A DNA stretch of 64,000 bases, from positions 903,194 through 967,193 of the forward strand of contig NMRA01000113.1 of the NCBI GenBank assembly GCA_002633005.1, written 5' to 3'. This DNA comes from Phoronis australis. Its lineage: Eukaryota > Animalia > Phoronida. The notes beneath the pieces are model-generated. The model made no database searches. It saw nothing but the letters and a program-made list of their open reading frames with translations, and was not told the origin of the DNA. Positions 27,915 through 39,700 of this stretch are shown here, in pieces (positions within the stretch are counted from its first letter, which is position 1; each line of letters starts with the position of its first letter). Position numbers and translations under genes: made by a program.

Positions 27915-30900
27915 ATGGTAAGTGTTCCGGAGATTTTCCGGCTTTATTGTTTGCTTTTACATGTTCATTCCTCACAATACCTTAATGCTGCATTTCACAC
28001 TCATCATAAAGTTAGTAAATTAATAGATTTATTGTCATAAACTTCGTGTAACCGCTTGAAAGTAGAGGAATTGTTGACCACAGATAGACACTCGAGCAAA
28101 ACATCCGGAAATGGTTGTTGAAGGGGCGTTTTTTAAATCTTATGCTAGTCTTTCCTACTCTCCCAGGGTTCCGAATTGTTATAATAAAACTACGTTGTTC
28201 AGGTATACCTGCTAGGCCTGACAAAGTGTACAGTGTGTTCAAGTTGAACGGAGTCAAGGACCTGTATGAGAGACTTCCTTGTGTTCACCTGTGTTGTGGT
28301 GGTAAAGGTACCAAGAGACGTTGATGACCTGTATGCGAGGCATCCTGGTGTTCACCTTCCTGGTGGCGTGCCCATTCGGTAGGGAAGGGGGGAATGTTGT
28401 AGTTGTGCTTCTGGTGAATCATATGAGCCTATGTTAGCTACTTGCTAACGGGCAATTGCCTATTTGCTGAATGGTTAGCACACTTGCCGGTTTTATGGGG
28501 TGTCGCTGGTTCGATCCCCAGGTTGGGTAATCTCGGCTATTACTACAACATCATTCGTCCTTTATCTTTCTGTGGTGTCTTGTGATTTGTCAGTTTTATG
28601 GTTCCCGGATGCTTGTTTTATTGAGACTGCTGGCAGGAACCCTGCTGGCAGTCTTTCAGCAAGCAATCAGGATGTCAGGGATGGGCATCTGGATTGGGTT
28701 TTACCTGAAGCTTGAATAGCTGTGTTTTAACTGGTGAGTGCTTCTAGAGGCCTAGCTAGTGAACCTGCAGTAATACAACACAGTAAATAAAGTCCCGAGT
28801 CGGACTTGACAGGCCGAACATTGCGGGTTTTTATTTGGTTACCTGGCTTATATGTGGGACATACGGAAACTGTCAGACAGTTGAATCACAAAATAAGGTC
28901 AATGATGTTGACGATTACAACATTCCTCCCTTCCCTAAAAAGAAGTGAGGCCCACCCATGACATTCAGAGAACCCCTCTCTGTCGACTATGCTAAATACT
29001 CTATTTTCCCTGCTCAGGTGCACTGTTTATTGAATGATGACTGAGTATGGAAAACACTGATTTCGCTAATCTCAGATAATAGAGAAGTGTTTTCCGTGTT
29101 CAGTCATCATGCAGTAACCAGTGTATCAGTGCTGAGTAAATACAATAGAATAATAGCAGTGTGAAAGGATCATGTGACATGTCATGAAACATCTGTTTCA
29201 GTTGGTGCACTTGTTGTATATCAGGGTTCATACTGTGTTCATGTTGTATATCTGTTTCGGTTGGTGCAATTGTTGTATATCAGCGTTCATACTGTGTTCA
29301 TGTTGTATAATTTGTTTCAGTTGGTGCACGTGTTGTATATCAGTGTTATACTGTGTTCATGTTGTATATCTGTTTCGGTTGGTGCACTTGTTGTATATCA
29401 GCGTTCATACTGTGTTAATGATGTATAATCTGTTTCAGTTGGTTCGCTTGTTGTATATCAGTGTTCATACTGTGTTCATGTGGTATATCTGTTTCAGTTG
29501 ATGCACTTGTTGTATATCAGTGTTCATACTGTGCTTATGTTGTATATCTGTTTCATTTGGTGCACTTGTTGCACATCAGTGTTCATGCTGTGTTCACTTT
29601 ATGTATTTGTTTCAGTTGGTGCTTGTGTTAGGAGACCTTCATATTCCCCACCGTACACACAGTTTGCCAGCAAAGTTCAAGAAACTTCTCGTACCTGGCA
29701 AGATACAGCACATTCTTTGCACTGGCAATCTGTGCACAAAAGAATCCTTTGATTACTTGAAGACGTTAGCCAGTGATGTGCACGTGGTTAGGGGGGATTT
29801 TGATGAGGTGAGTTGTTACTTAACATACTGAATAGAAGATTTTGTGTTCTTCACCTCGGCAATTTTGTGCTAAGTAGTCTCTGAAGCATGCAGTTTTATA
29901 CAGATCTGCATTAACTGTGAAATGTCACTATCTGAATAGTAGCCTCTTATTGAAATTTCAGAATTTTAACTACCCGGAGCAGAAAGTAGTAACTGTTGGA
30001 CAGTTCAGGATTGGTTTATGTCATGGCCACCAGGTGGTACCATGGGGTGACATTGAAAGCCTTGCCATGGTTCAACGACAGCTTGATGTAGACATTCTCA
30101 TTTCTGGTCACACACACAAGTTTGAAGCTTATGAACGGGAAAATAAATTCTACATCAATCCTGGCTCAGCAACAGGAGCATACAATGCGTTAGACAGGTA
30201 ACCCAGTGATTTTTATACGCCCACATATGTTTATAGTCGTCATCTCCCTCTGGGTATCCAAGGTGTGTCCCTTGCAGGATTTTCATGTGTTTGACTATTG
30301 CTGTGCTGCTAAGTCGTGACTATATTTTTTGTATTAGGCAATTCCTTGATGGATCGTTATGAAATTTGGCAAATGTGGGCAGTGCCTCTTGAAAAGTTTT
30401 GGAAGGCCATGTCCTGTTGTGCACCCCCTAGTGGAAAATTTAGTATTTTTATGTACCTTGTTGCAGTTAGCCTAGTTACTTGCTAAACGACTGAACCTTC
30501 TGCAGGATCTTAAATTAAATTTAGCATCTGTGTTTATATAAAGTTGACAATGGATGATGATGACTTTTGGGTGGATTCGACAAACACTGTGCCTCCTAGT
30601 GGCAATTTTATTTTTCTCTGTTTTCCTCCATTTCTCTGAAATTCCTTAACGGATTTTTATTGGCATTGTGAGTCTCACCAGCATGTTGCCAATTCAGTAG
30701 ACATAGATAGATCACCTAATAGAGATAAACTTTGTATGAAAGAATCCTTGGCCATTCAGGCTAACAAAGCTCCTCAGTCACACAATCAGCAGTAGAAATC
30801 TGTTTGGTGGTTTGCTGTGCTGATTATGCTTGCTGGTTGTTCAGTTAGTTTAGTGCTTGACACTATACATAGGTTTATTGTCTTGATAATGCTTTAGTGT

Positions 30901-31474
30901 GTAAAGCGAAACGTTGAACATGAAAATCTATGATGTTGCGCTGACTTTTAAATTTCTTTCTATGATGTGGCCAAAATCTGATTTAGTCAGAATTCATCGT
31001 TTTGAATTGTTCAAAAGCTAAACATTGTTATGAATGCCCAAAATTTCTGGAACGTTTCCTTATGGCAGGTAAAATTTATTACTGAACTGAAAAGTGATTA
31101 AGCATTTATTTAGTGCTTTTCTTCTTTTATGAAAAAACTCCTTGCCCTCCATTTTGCATCCTCAACCTATGAGATTTTACTACAGTACCACCAGTTGTGA
31201 ACCAGTTTGAGAATGGCCTGGTTCTCTGCTTCAACTGCAGACGATTGTTGATCCCTAATGCCCTCCTATTTCTTCAATGATCTTCACTATCATTTTCTGT
31301 TGATATATGCTTTCTAGTGGCATCGTCACCATTATCTTTCTTTGCTTGCATTGCAGCAATGTGGTGGCATCATTTGTTCTTCTCGACATTCAGCAGTCCA
31401 CAGTTGTAGCCTACGTTTATCAACTGATCGGTGAGGAAGTCAAAGTAGAGAGGATAGAATACAAGAAGAACTGA
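27915..31474 (+). CDS. VPS29: Retromer subunit VPS29, 182 aa
   Basis: Exons 27915-27917 (ATG only, then GTAAGT), 29616-29807 ([13 protein letters not shown]...RGDFDE), 29962-30197 ([10 protein letters not shown]...SGHTH...INPGSATGA), 31357-31474 ([19 protein letters not shown]...RIEYKKN*); 549 nt. Confidence 0.97.
29011..29138. repeat. Imperfect inverted repeat (hairpin/MITE relic) in VPS29 intron 1
   Basis: ACTGTTTATTGAATGATGACTGAGTATGGAAAACACT pairs with AGTGTTTTCCGTGTTCAGTCATCATGCAGTAACCAGT. Confidence 0.65.
29190..29625 (+). repeat. 59-bp minisatellite (about 7.5 copies) built on the VPS29 exon 2 acceptor
   Basis: Unit TCTGTTTCAG|TTGGTGCACTTGTTGTATATCAGTGTTCATACTGTGTTCATGTTGTATA. Junction copies at 29202, 29261, 29321, 29379, 29439, 29498, 29557 and the true exon start 29616. 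Confidence 0.93.
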
Positions 31475-33780
31475 AACATAAACTGTATGCAGGAGACTTT
31501 ATATGAGAGAACGTTCATGGAGATGATATTGAAGGCTGAGGATTACCAGAGAAAGTGGTAGAGCACATGAGGAGTGCAATCAATTTTACATTGTCAACTA
31601 GTTGATTTTGTTTAGAAATAATAGATCAACAGCAGTCATTGCTGCAGTGGCGTAGTATGAAATTCGTTGCTCAGTGCGTTATGGTATAACTAATTCACTA
31701 CTGGGCTGTAGTATTGGTCCAGGCCAGGATGACCTAGGTAGAATGTTGACATGTTCATGGGGATTATTATCTTTGATCCCATTCTGTTCGTGATCGAGTG
31801 ACATGTTCTATTGGACTTTCCTGCTACAGCAGTGTTCCTGTCCAGCTCTGACTTCATCACTGCTTCGTTCAATGCACAAGTAATTGAATATGCACACTCT
31901 TTTCATTGATCATGGTTACAAAACTAAATTTGAATTGTAAATACTGTAAATATGTTGTCACCCAATAAAAGGATCCTTGTGATTTGTTAGATGTAATCTG
32001 GTACTGTCTAGCTTACTGAGGTTTTCCACGGGCTGTTTTAACGACCCCTCTTTTAATTCCAGCTGGTGATTTACAGCCTTACTAGACACATAAATATGTC
32101 CTCACTTATCATTTGTACATAGATCAGCTGAGACTATAAAAACATCTACGTTGGACAAGCAACGAATAGACACTCATAATCCGACAAATCCCTTTCACGG
32201 AGCCCACAAATTTCACAATGCACTTGCACTCATTTGTACTGTCTTGAAACTTTGCTATTCCAAAGGGTGACAAAAATTACGAGAAATCTGCTACCCAACA
32301 GTTTTTTCAAATGATGCACTCCCACAAGCCTATGAAAGGGAGTTAAAAGGCTCACTGACCTGTCGACCGTGTTCATAGTAAATGGTATAAATGAAGTGCA
32401 CCCGATAATAATGAGCAAATGAGAGATTTGTTGATGCCAGCTGATGCACTAATTAATAGTCATTGGCAACCAACAGTAATCGGCTAAACACTATGCTCAC
32501 CTCATCTGCATGCTGTGAGGATTAATGTTTGCGATGTGACATTCGCCTGGGTGTCTCCCGAGAAAAATCTTCGCTGTTCATTTTGCCACAGACACAAATT
32601 ATAAGCCGAGTTCCTTTGCATTTCAAGATGAGTAAATAATTTAAAATATGTGGTTCGAAAACCCAGTAATTTGTGTAGTCTCGCAGAATCCAGATACAAT
32701 GTAAGCCTATGATATATGACTGAACTATCACACGATATGGCTTAATACAAGTATTCTTTGCTCCTTTGATGACTATCTGAAAAGTGAAACTTGGATGCAA
32801 TCAACAACATTTTTTCAATGACTTTTGTTGAATTACATTCCTTGTAATAAAACAAAATTCTTTATTTTCAACATTGCCTGCAGCAATCACAAGATATGGG
32901 AATCTTAAACTCTAAATATAGAATGCTAGGAACTCCCTCATTTTTCAGTGATTCACAACATGCTCATTGGATACATTGTTCGTCTATTTCCGTGTGACGT
33001 TACCATATACATTACTACATATAGTAATATCAGTTTTTGCAATGCATTAGGTGGGTTTTAACATTTTTGAATGAATTGAAATTTCCAATAGGCTATCCCG
33101 TCAAACTCCAAGGTTATGTGAATAGGCACTGATATCTTGGCAATCGTCTCAATCACATCTGTTCAATGTAATCATTACATCTTAAATCATTGAGTTTGCA
33201 CACTTCAAACTAAGACCTAGTTCTCTATGCTACTACGACAGCCTTGTGGTACAGTGATTTATATTTAAGCTATAATAAGCTCGCATATAACAAAAGTATC
33301 ATAGCGTGTGCATTTGACAGTAACATGCACACTTTCGCTTTGGTGACTAGGCAGTGAAAGCAAGATGCCATGAAAATTATCAATCGGATACGATTGGTTA
33401 AAAAGCGTGTTGCTTGGAAACGGGTTTCCTCCAAGTTTAAGGAAGTGGCAAGGAGCTTTAGTATGTCTAAAAAATTAAAATTAGTGGATTGATTGTTTGA
33501 ATACGGCGAGCAGTGAAGTTAACGGTGAGTGGTCACTGTGGAAGAAAGAAATATAATCTTCAATGCATACGCCAGTATGGTTCCAGGCTATTGAAAAACA
33601 GTTTCAGTTCCTTAAAATTGTGTTAGAAAAGACAAAGGTCTGATTTGGCGACACGAAAACGTTTCTCAAGCTCTACGCACGCGCACACGCACACACTGTC
33701 ACATAGCATGGTAGGAAAAATGCCGAATATTGTATCGAATGAGCGTGGTTCACAATGATAGACGTCTACAAAGTCTTCTG

Positions 33781-36700
33781 TCACCAGATTGCTCTCCATT
33801 CATTGACAGGGAAAAGAACGTGAGAAGTAGTCCATCCATTAAGTTCCAGGTTCTTTACAAATGTCCCAAATGTAGCTTCAGCAAAGTAGAGACTCGATGC
33901 CACTAAAGCCCTTGTATTGCCTGAAAGAAAAAATGTGACTGGTTCATTTGAATTGAGCACAGGGTATAAATCTTTCAAGAGCCCTAGTGAGCGCTTAACA
34001 TTTAAAATTACATTTGCTTTGTGTTTAATGTAAAAAAATGACTTTGGTCTTTTCAGCTTATAAAATCAGTCTCGTAACATTCCTTACTGTCATTGGGCTT
34101 GATTTGTGTTCTCATGAGTATCAAAACCAACAGCGACTGAGAAAAATATTTCAGTGTTTACTTATAGGGTTGGCCAATCCTGAAATTGCAGAATCAAAAT
34201 GGGGTGCTAATGAAGTACTTTCAGAAACGAATTGCCATGATGGCGCTGCAACCAAGTCTGATACAAGTCGTCAGCCAGTCATGACTGAAAAAAGTACATT
34301 AGCCCTGTAAGTCAACGTCACGACTGAAGCATAACATAATGTCTTTTTTGTAAGTCCAAACATTTCCTGCATGCATTTGCCATAACTTTCAACTTTGATG
34401 TGAACAACTCTATCATTTTGCACAATAATTAATAGGTTACTTCAACAAGAAATCCAGTGGAGTTCATCTATTCTGTGATTTATGTGAATGCGTGAAGACA
34501 AGGATGTGCAAATGATCTGCACTGAAAAGACATTTTTCTCAGATTTTAAACATCACAATTAAGCATACACTGAGAGGCGCACACCAAAAGTGGATATTAA
34601 CCTAACAAAATTGCCACTAGAGGGCACAGCATAAGTCAAAACTCTGGGCTGTGCAAAAATGCGTAAGTGCTGCTCTCTCATAGGGTAAAATCTGATGAGT
34701 CAAATTTGTGCATTAATATCCTTTATCGAACTTGGCTGATATTGAGGCAAAGAAGAAACTAAGACTGCCAAGAGGAAGTTTAGCAAAAGTCAAAATTATC
34801 ACAAAATCAACATAACAGAAAGACTTTCATCAATAGAAACAATAGAAAAGCATTTGTAACATTTCATAACAATTCTTAAAACCATTTGACAGAAAGAAAG
34901 GCAAATGCCAAAATCGACACCAAAATGCTAAAATTACCATTAGGGGGTGCAGAACATGTCAGCTGCGCAAAATTGTGCAAAATTCAGCAGGCACTGTCTT
35001 CTTCTTTAAAGCACATTTGTCAAATTTCATGAAGAGCGTCCAATTACATTAAGTTACAGATGTAATCACCAATTGCTTTGTCATTCACATGTCCCTACAT
35101 AGTTATCTCCCTTGTATGATACAATTTTCTCACCGCAATGTTTTGAGGTTTTCATCCTTGTTGTTGGAATAAACGTTTTGAACATTATAAGCTTCAGAGC
35201 AAACACATCTTCCATATTTCAAGAAGATCCAGCACCAGACATCAGACAGACGACAATATGCGACTACTTGTCAGTGCATAAAAGTAAGGGCTGGGCATTA
35301 AACTGAATGTCACCGTTAACCAGGACGGCAACTGTGCTTGTGTGGTATCTTTCATTTTCTCACAACTTGATGCACGAGAACATTAACTCCCAAATTTCAA
35401 CATGCTTATCTCTTGTTTTTATAACATTAAACTATAAATGGCTTACTTTCTTGTGCATCGTCATACATCCTTTCTATCCTGTGATCCGCTGTCAATCCTG
35501 TCATCTGGACTAAAGTGTTCACATTTGCTCTGGATGACGTATAAACAAACTCTATCAACTCGGCCTGGTAACAGCTCTGTAGTATGTCCACTACATCACA
35601 TGACTCGTGCAAAACAATGTTGATAAGCTCTGTCAAAAATTAAGTTACTCTTTTCAGATAGTATGCAATAAAAATTGAATAAGATCACAAAAGCATGCCC
35701 AAGGTCTGTATGCACAGGAGCATGAAATATCGTCATGTGCATTTTGTTAAAAACTGCGCTGTCATGTCATTCGAGTCGATTGAAGGATTCATTTAAGAAA
35801 GAATGGAAAGCAGAATAAAAAAGTTACACAAAATTCCAATCAGAACAGTTGTACTAACTATAGTTGTATTACAACTGAAAAACAGGAAAATTACATGAAA
35901 ATTAATTATTTCTTAACTGCATGGATTTTAAGTAACCAATTGGTTCACAGTTGTATTTCCACTCCTATTCAACTGCTTAACAGTATTTCAACTTCTGTTC
36001 AATAACATTTCAACTGCTGTTCAACTACAATGCAACTACAGTTCTCGGTACACAATCAAATTTTATGTTACTTAAATCTCTAGTACATGCAAGCAGTTAA
36101 ATTTCCAAAGTAAAGCCCCTTGTTTAGGAATAATTTATGTGCGTTGTGTAGGTGGTACAAACTCATGTATGTGTATACAAAAAAAAACACATCAGTCACT
36201 GATTCAACAGATCTGCAGCACCACCTACTGGCATTTTAATGTGCACCTCTGTTTGCTAACTACTCGAGTGGTCCTAGTCACATTCATACAGTAAGCTTGA
36301 TTACGCTCATGCATGTCTGTCTGCATTCTCTGCAAATGTTGTGGTTATTATAAACAGGGTAGAGGAGATGATGTAGTTAGGGAGTTTAACTCTCCTTAAC
36401 AAATGACCCTTGTTATTCTAAGTCTAAATTTCAACTGTCTTTCAAAAGAAAATGTTGGAAGTCTAAACTTAAACTGTTATTCAACTGAGTTTCTACTGCC
36501 GTGCAATTGCGTCTTACATAACCAAGTGGTTTGGAATTCAATTTCAACTGGTGATTCTAAGTAAATAAACAGTTATTTTGAAATTTCACTACAGTTGAAA
36601 TACAACCATGAAATAACTAAAACTCAATATTCATTTTTTGTATGAGATAGCCCTTTCTAAATAATTTCCACTTACTCTTTTCATTGTCCACATTCAGGAG

Positions 36701-39700
36701 ATACTTGCTCTTTTTGTAAACTGTTTGTAAGTATTTCAATTCATCATAACTGCAAAAAAACAATAGACTACAATGTTTAATGTTTAAACACATACAATTG
36801 ACAACACTGTAATACAGGAGTCAACCCACAGTGTGGGTCCAGGCAGAGCCTTGGCTGAGTCCCCTTTACATTTCTAGCAATCAAGGAATCCCAAGGAAAC
36901 CCTATGTCCACAGATGAACCTCTCCTAGTATAAGTTCCTCGATTTGTGGCTGAAATACTCCAAACTGAGGTGTTACTTATTTTGCCCACTGACATTCAAA
37001 GAATAAACTTCATGACAAAGACATAAACTCTTCACTGCATCACATCTTAATGACACCACATTTTCCATAATCAACTAATAAAAAATATTAGACTGTTAGA
37101 AATCAACAAAGCACTGGCCATGTTCACAACCAAACGTGCATAGACTGAAGAGACAGTCTCAAGACTATTGTTAATAAAGTGTAAAATTTCTAGCAAAGCA
37201 TCAACTACCTGTGTGCAACCGCTGCCACTTGGACTCCTATCTTCAATTGTTTACTTCTGATGACACCTTTACAACAAATAAGAAGCATATAAAAGTGGAC
37301 CAGTGCCTGCATGATAATAACACATTTGCCAAAATTCATGAATATCCACCAAAGAACTTGATAGACATATCCATCAAAGAACTTGGAAGACATCAAGGCA
37401 AATGGAAAGGAAAACAAAAACTGCCACTAGGCAACACTGAATTATCGGATTTGTCCCAAAATCCACCTGAGTTGTACTCTGGGAGATGGACAAAGTTAAG
37501 ATTTCCCTATCGTCACCACCTTTCCCCTCCCTCTCTGCTGATCACCACTTGTGGCAGCCTTACACCACAAGCAACCACCACAAACATGGTGCCCGTGTTT
37601 CAACAAAATTTCATTGGAAAGGTTACTTCCCTGAACATGTTGCACACATGCGTTTGGGGTATGAATTTGCCTTACGGAAAGTATTCACTTTTCAGGTTGC
37701 CAAAAAAGGTATGTTGCCAAAATCACTGTTTATGGAGTATAAAAGTAACATAAGAAACTCCATCAGAGGCATGAGAAATACGAGACCAATAGCATCACTT
37801 TGGATTTGAGTACATAGAACATCATCTTGAAAACTTTGTCTACTTCAGAGAGCCAGAAAATGTGGCCCAAGGTCATGATTCACCTTAATGGGGTCCAGCT
37901 TGAGGACTTAGATGAAGGCTGAACTTTCTATCATCCAACCGCCAAACATGAAAATGCTCTAGACATTTTTTACCAATTCAGTGAATTTTGACTATAAACA
38001 GTATAGGTTGGCGAAATTTGGTTGGTTCTATATCATTTGCCTCCCCAGCCACTGGAAACTCGGGCACCCGTGTTTCAACAAGGGATTTTGAAAATCTCCC
38101 TAACGCAATGAATCAAAGACCTAACAGCACCCTTTCAAATAGTGTACTTTCAAACCATGACCCTAGCTAATAAAGTGCATAAACATGTATAACAGAAACC
38201 AATGAACCAGACAGAAAAAATAACCTTCGTACGTCACTTGGCAATACAGTGTACAGTTCTATCGTCAGAAAACATAATGATACAGTGAGGGCAATTACAA
38301 CAATGCTAAGATTTGAAAAATGATCAATTTTGGCAGTAATTTTTGTCCAAAACTGGTGAGATTTTACTGAAATCAAAATCTTGATTACCTATCTCAATAT
38401 TTGGAAATTATCTAAATGTTTCAGTTTCTAAAATTAAACAGTATTTAATGAATTCATCCGATTGCTAAAAGCCAAACAATTTTAGAAAGTACATAACCTA
38501 CTCCATATGACAGGTTCTTGAGCATTGACTTCCTTGACAGACAACACAGCTTGGTTAAATGAAGTAAACCACCGCTTAGTTACTATGTGGAGTCTATTGA
38601 GATTGAGGGTTTCCATGACGACGCATCGCACCGCTGAATAGTTTGCAAACAGATGAAGCCCGGTAAGAAGTACATACATGGTCCATATTAATCTGGAAAT
38701 AAAACAGGAACATTTTGAAGTTACGTAGATAACCACACACAGCAGCTCATCAACAGTTTACTAAACATTTTGGCCTGTAACATCTTAACCACTCAATCAG
38801 ATAGACATATATAACAGTCGATAAAAATTGGTAAACAAAGATATATTATTTGTCACTGAAAATCTGTGTTTTACATTATTCATAGCCGCATGACTCAGGT
38901 GTTACACAATACTCACCTGTAATGACCAGTGACCACAGGAACAAGAAACAAGCCACAGAGCAGACCAGATAGGTTGACCAGTGTCTCCTGGAGAGCAAGC
39001 ATCAATACTGGTCAGTTGTCAGTTAAATAATCATAAATCAAACAAGCAACAGACTAACAGAATTACATAGTATCAGGAAGAGATGAGTGTGTAGTGAAAT
39101 CCAAGCTCAGGAGTTACATACAAATGAAATGACCGAATGGCCGTAAAGAAAATTACGCAACTGCTGATCTGAGCACACAGCAAATATCTATTGTTACACG
39201 CTTACACACTGGTACATTGTAACTTATGATCGAGATTGGAAGATTTAAAAATATCAAAAAACCATATTTGCTTTGTATGTAATGATGGAATTGAAGATTA
39301 AATTCACTTTATGTTCAACTGTTCTTTTTTACAAAGATATACTTTCAGGCAATAGTTAGGAAAGAAAGTAAAGTTGAGATGGATGATGTTTTAGGGAACA
39401 TAGCAACACTGATAGAAAAGATATTGTAAAATTAACTGCATGTTTTGACTAGATATAGCTTGTGACAAAGTGCAATCTTCTTTATGTAATGCAATTGAGC
39501 TTTTGTACCATGTGTTAATGTCGCTTGTTTTATTATTATAGTAATTCTTTTGAAAATTATTATGAGCATTGCCCTAAATAATTGTGCCTCTTTGGTTTTG
39601 AGTGACATACAAGCTCATAAGTGGGATGGGTGCATTTGCACTTGTCACTATAATAAAGAAAATTTAATTCAATTCAATATTACCTGGCTGCCATCTTTAG

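Noticed and set aside
28465-28530. tRNA gene (A/B-box-like TGGTTAGCAC...GGTTCGATCCC); similar motifs at ~27390-27445 and ~3050-3110
   Set aside because: No cloverleaf can be folded; these are more likely decayed tRNA-derived SINE heads.
28671-28733. Possible alternative or poison exon in VPS29 intron 1 (CAG...CTG|GTGAGT)
   Set aside because: Weak polypyrimidine tract, in-frame stop and no homology support; cannot be established from sequence alone.
37211-37809. 180-aa and 107-aa plus-strand ORFs
   Set aside because: They overlap a copy of the interspersed repeat inside a RUSF1 intron and show no recognisable domain.
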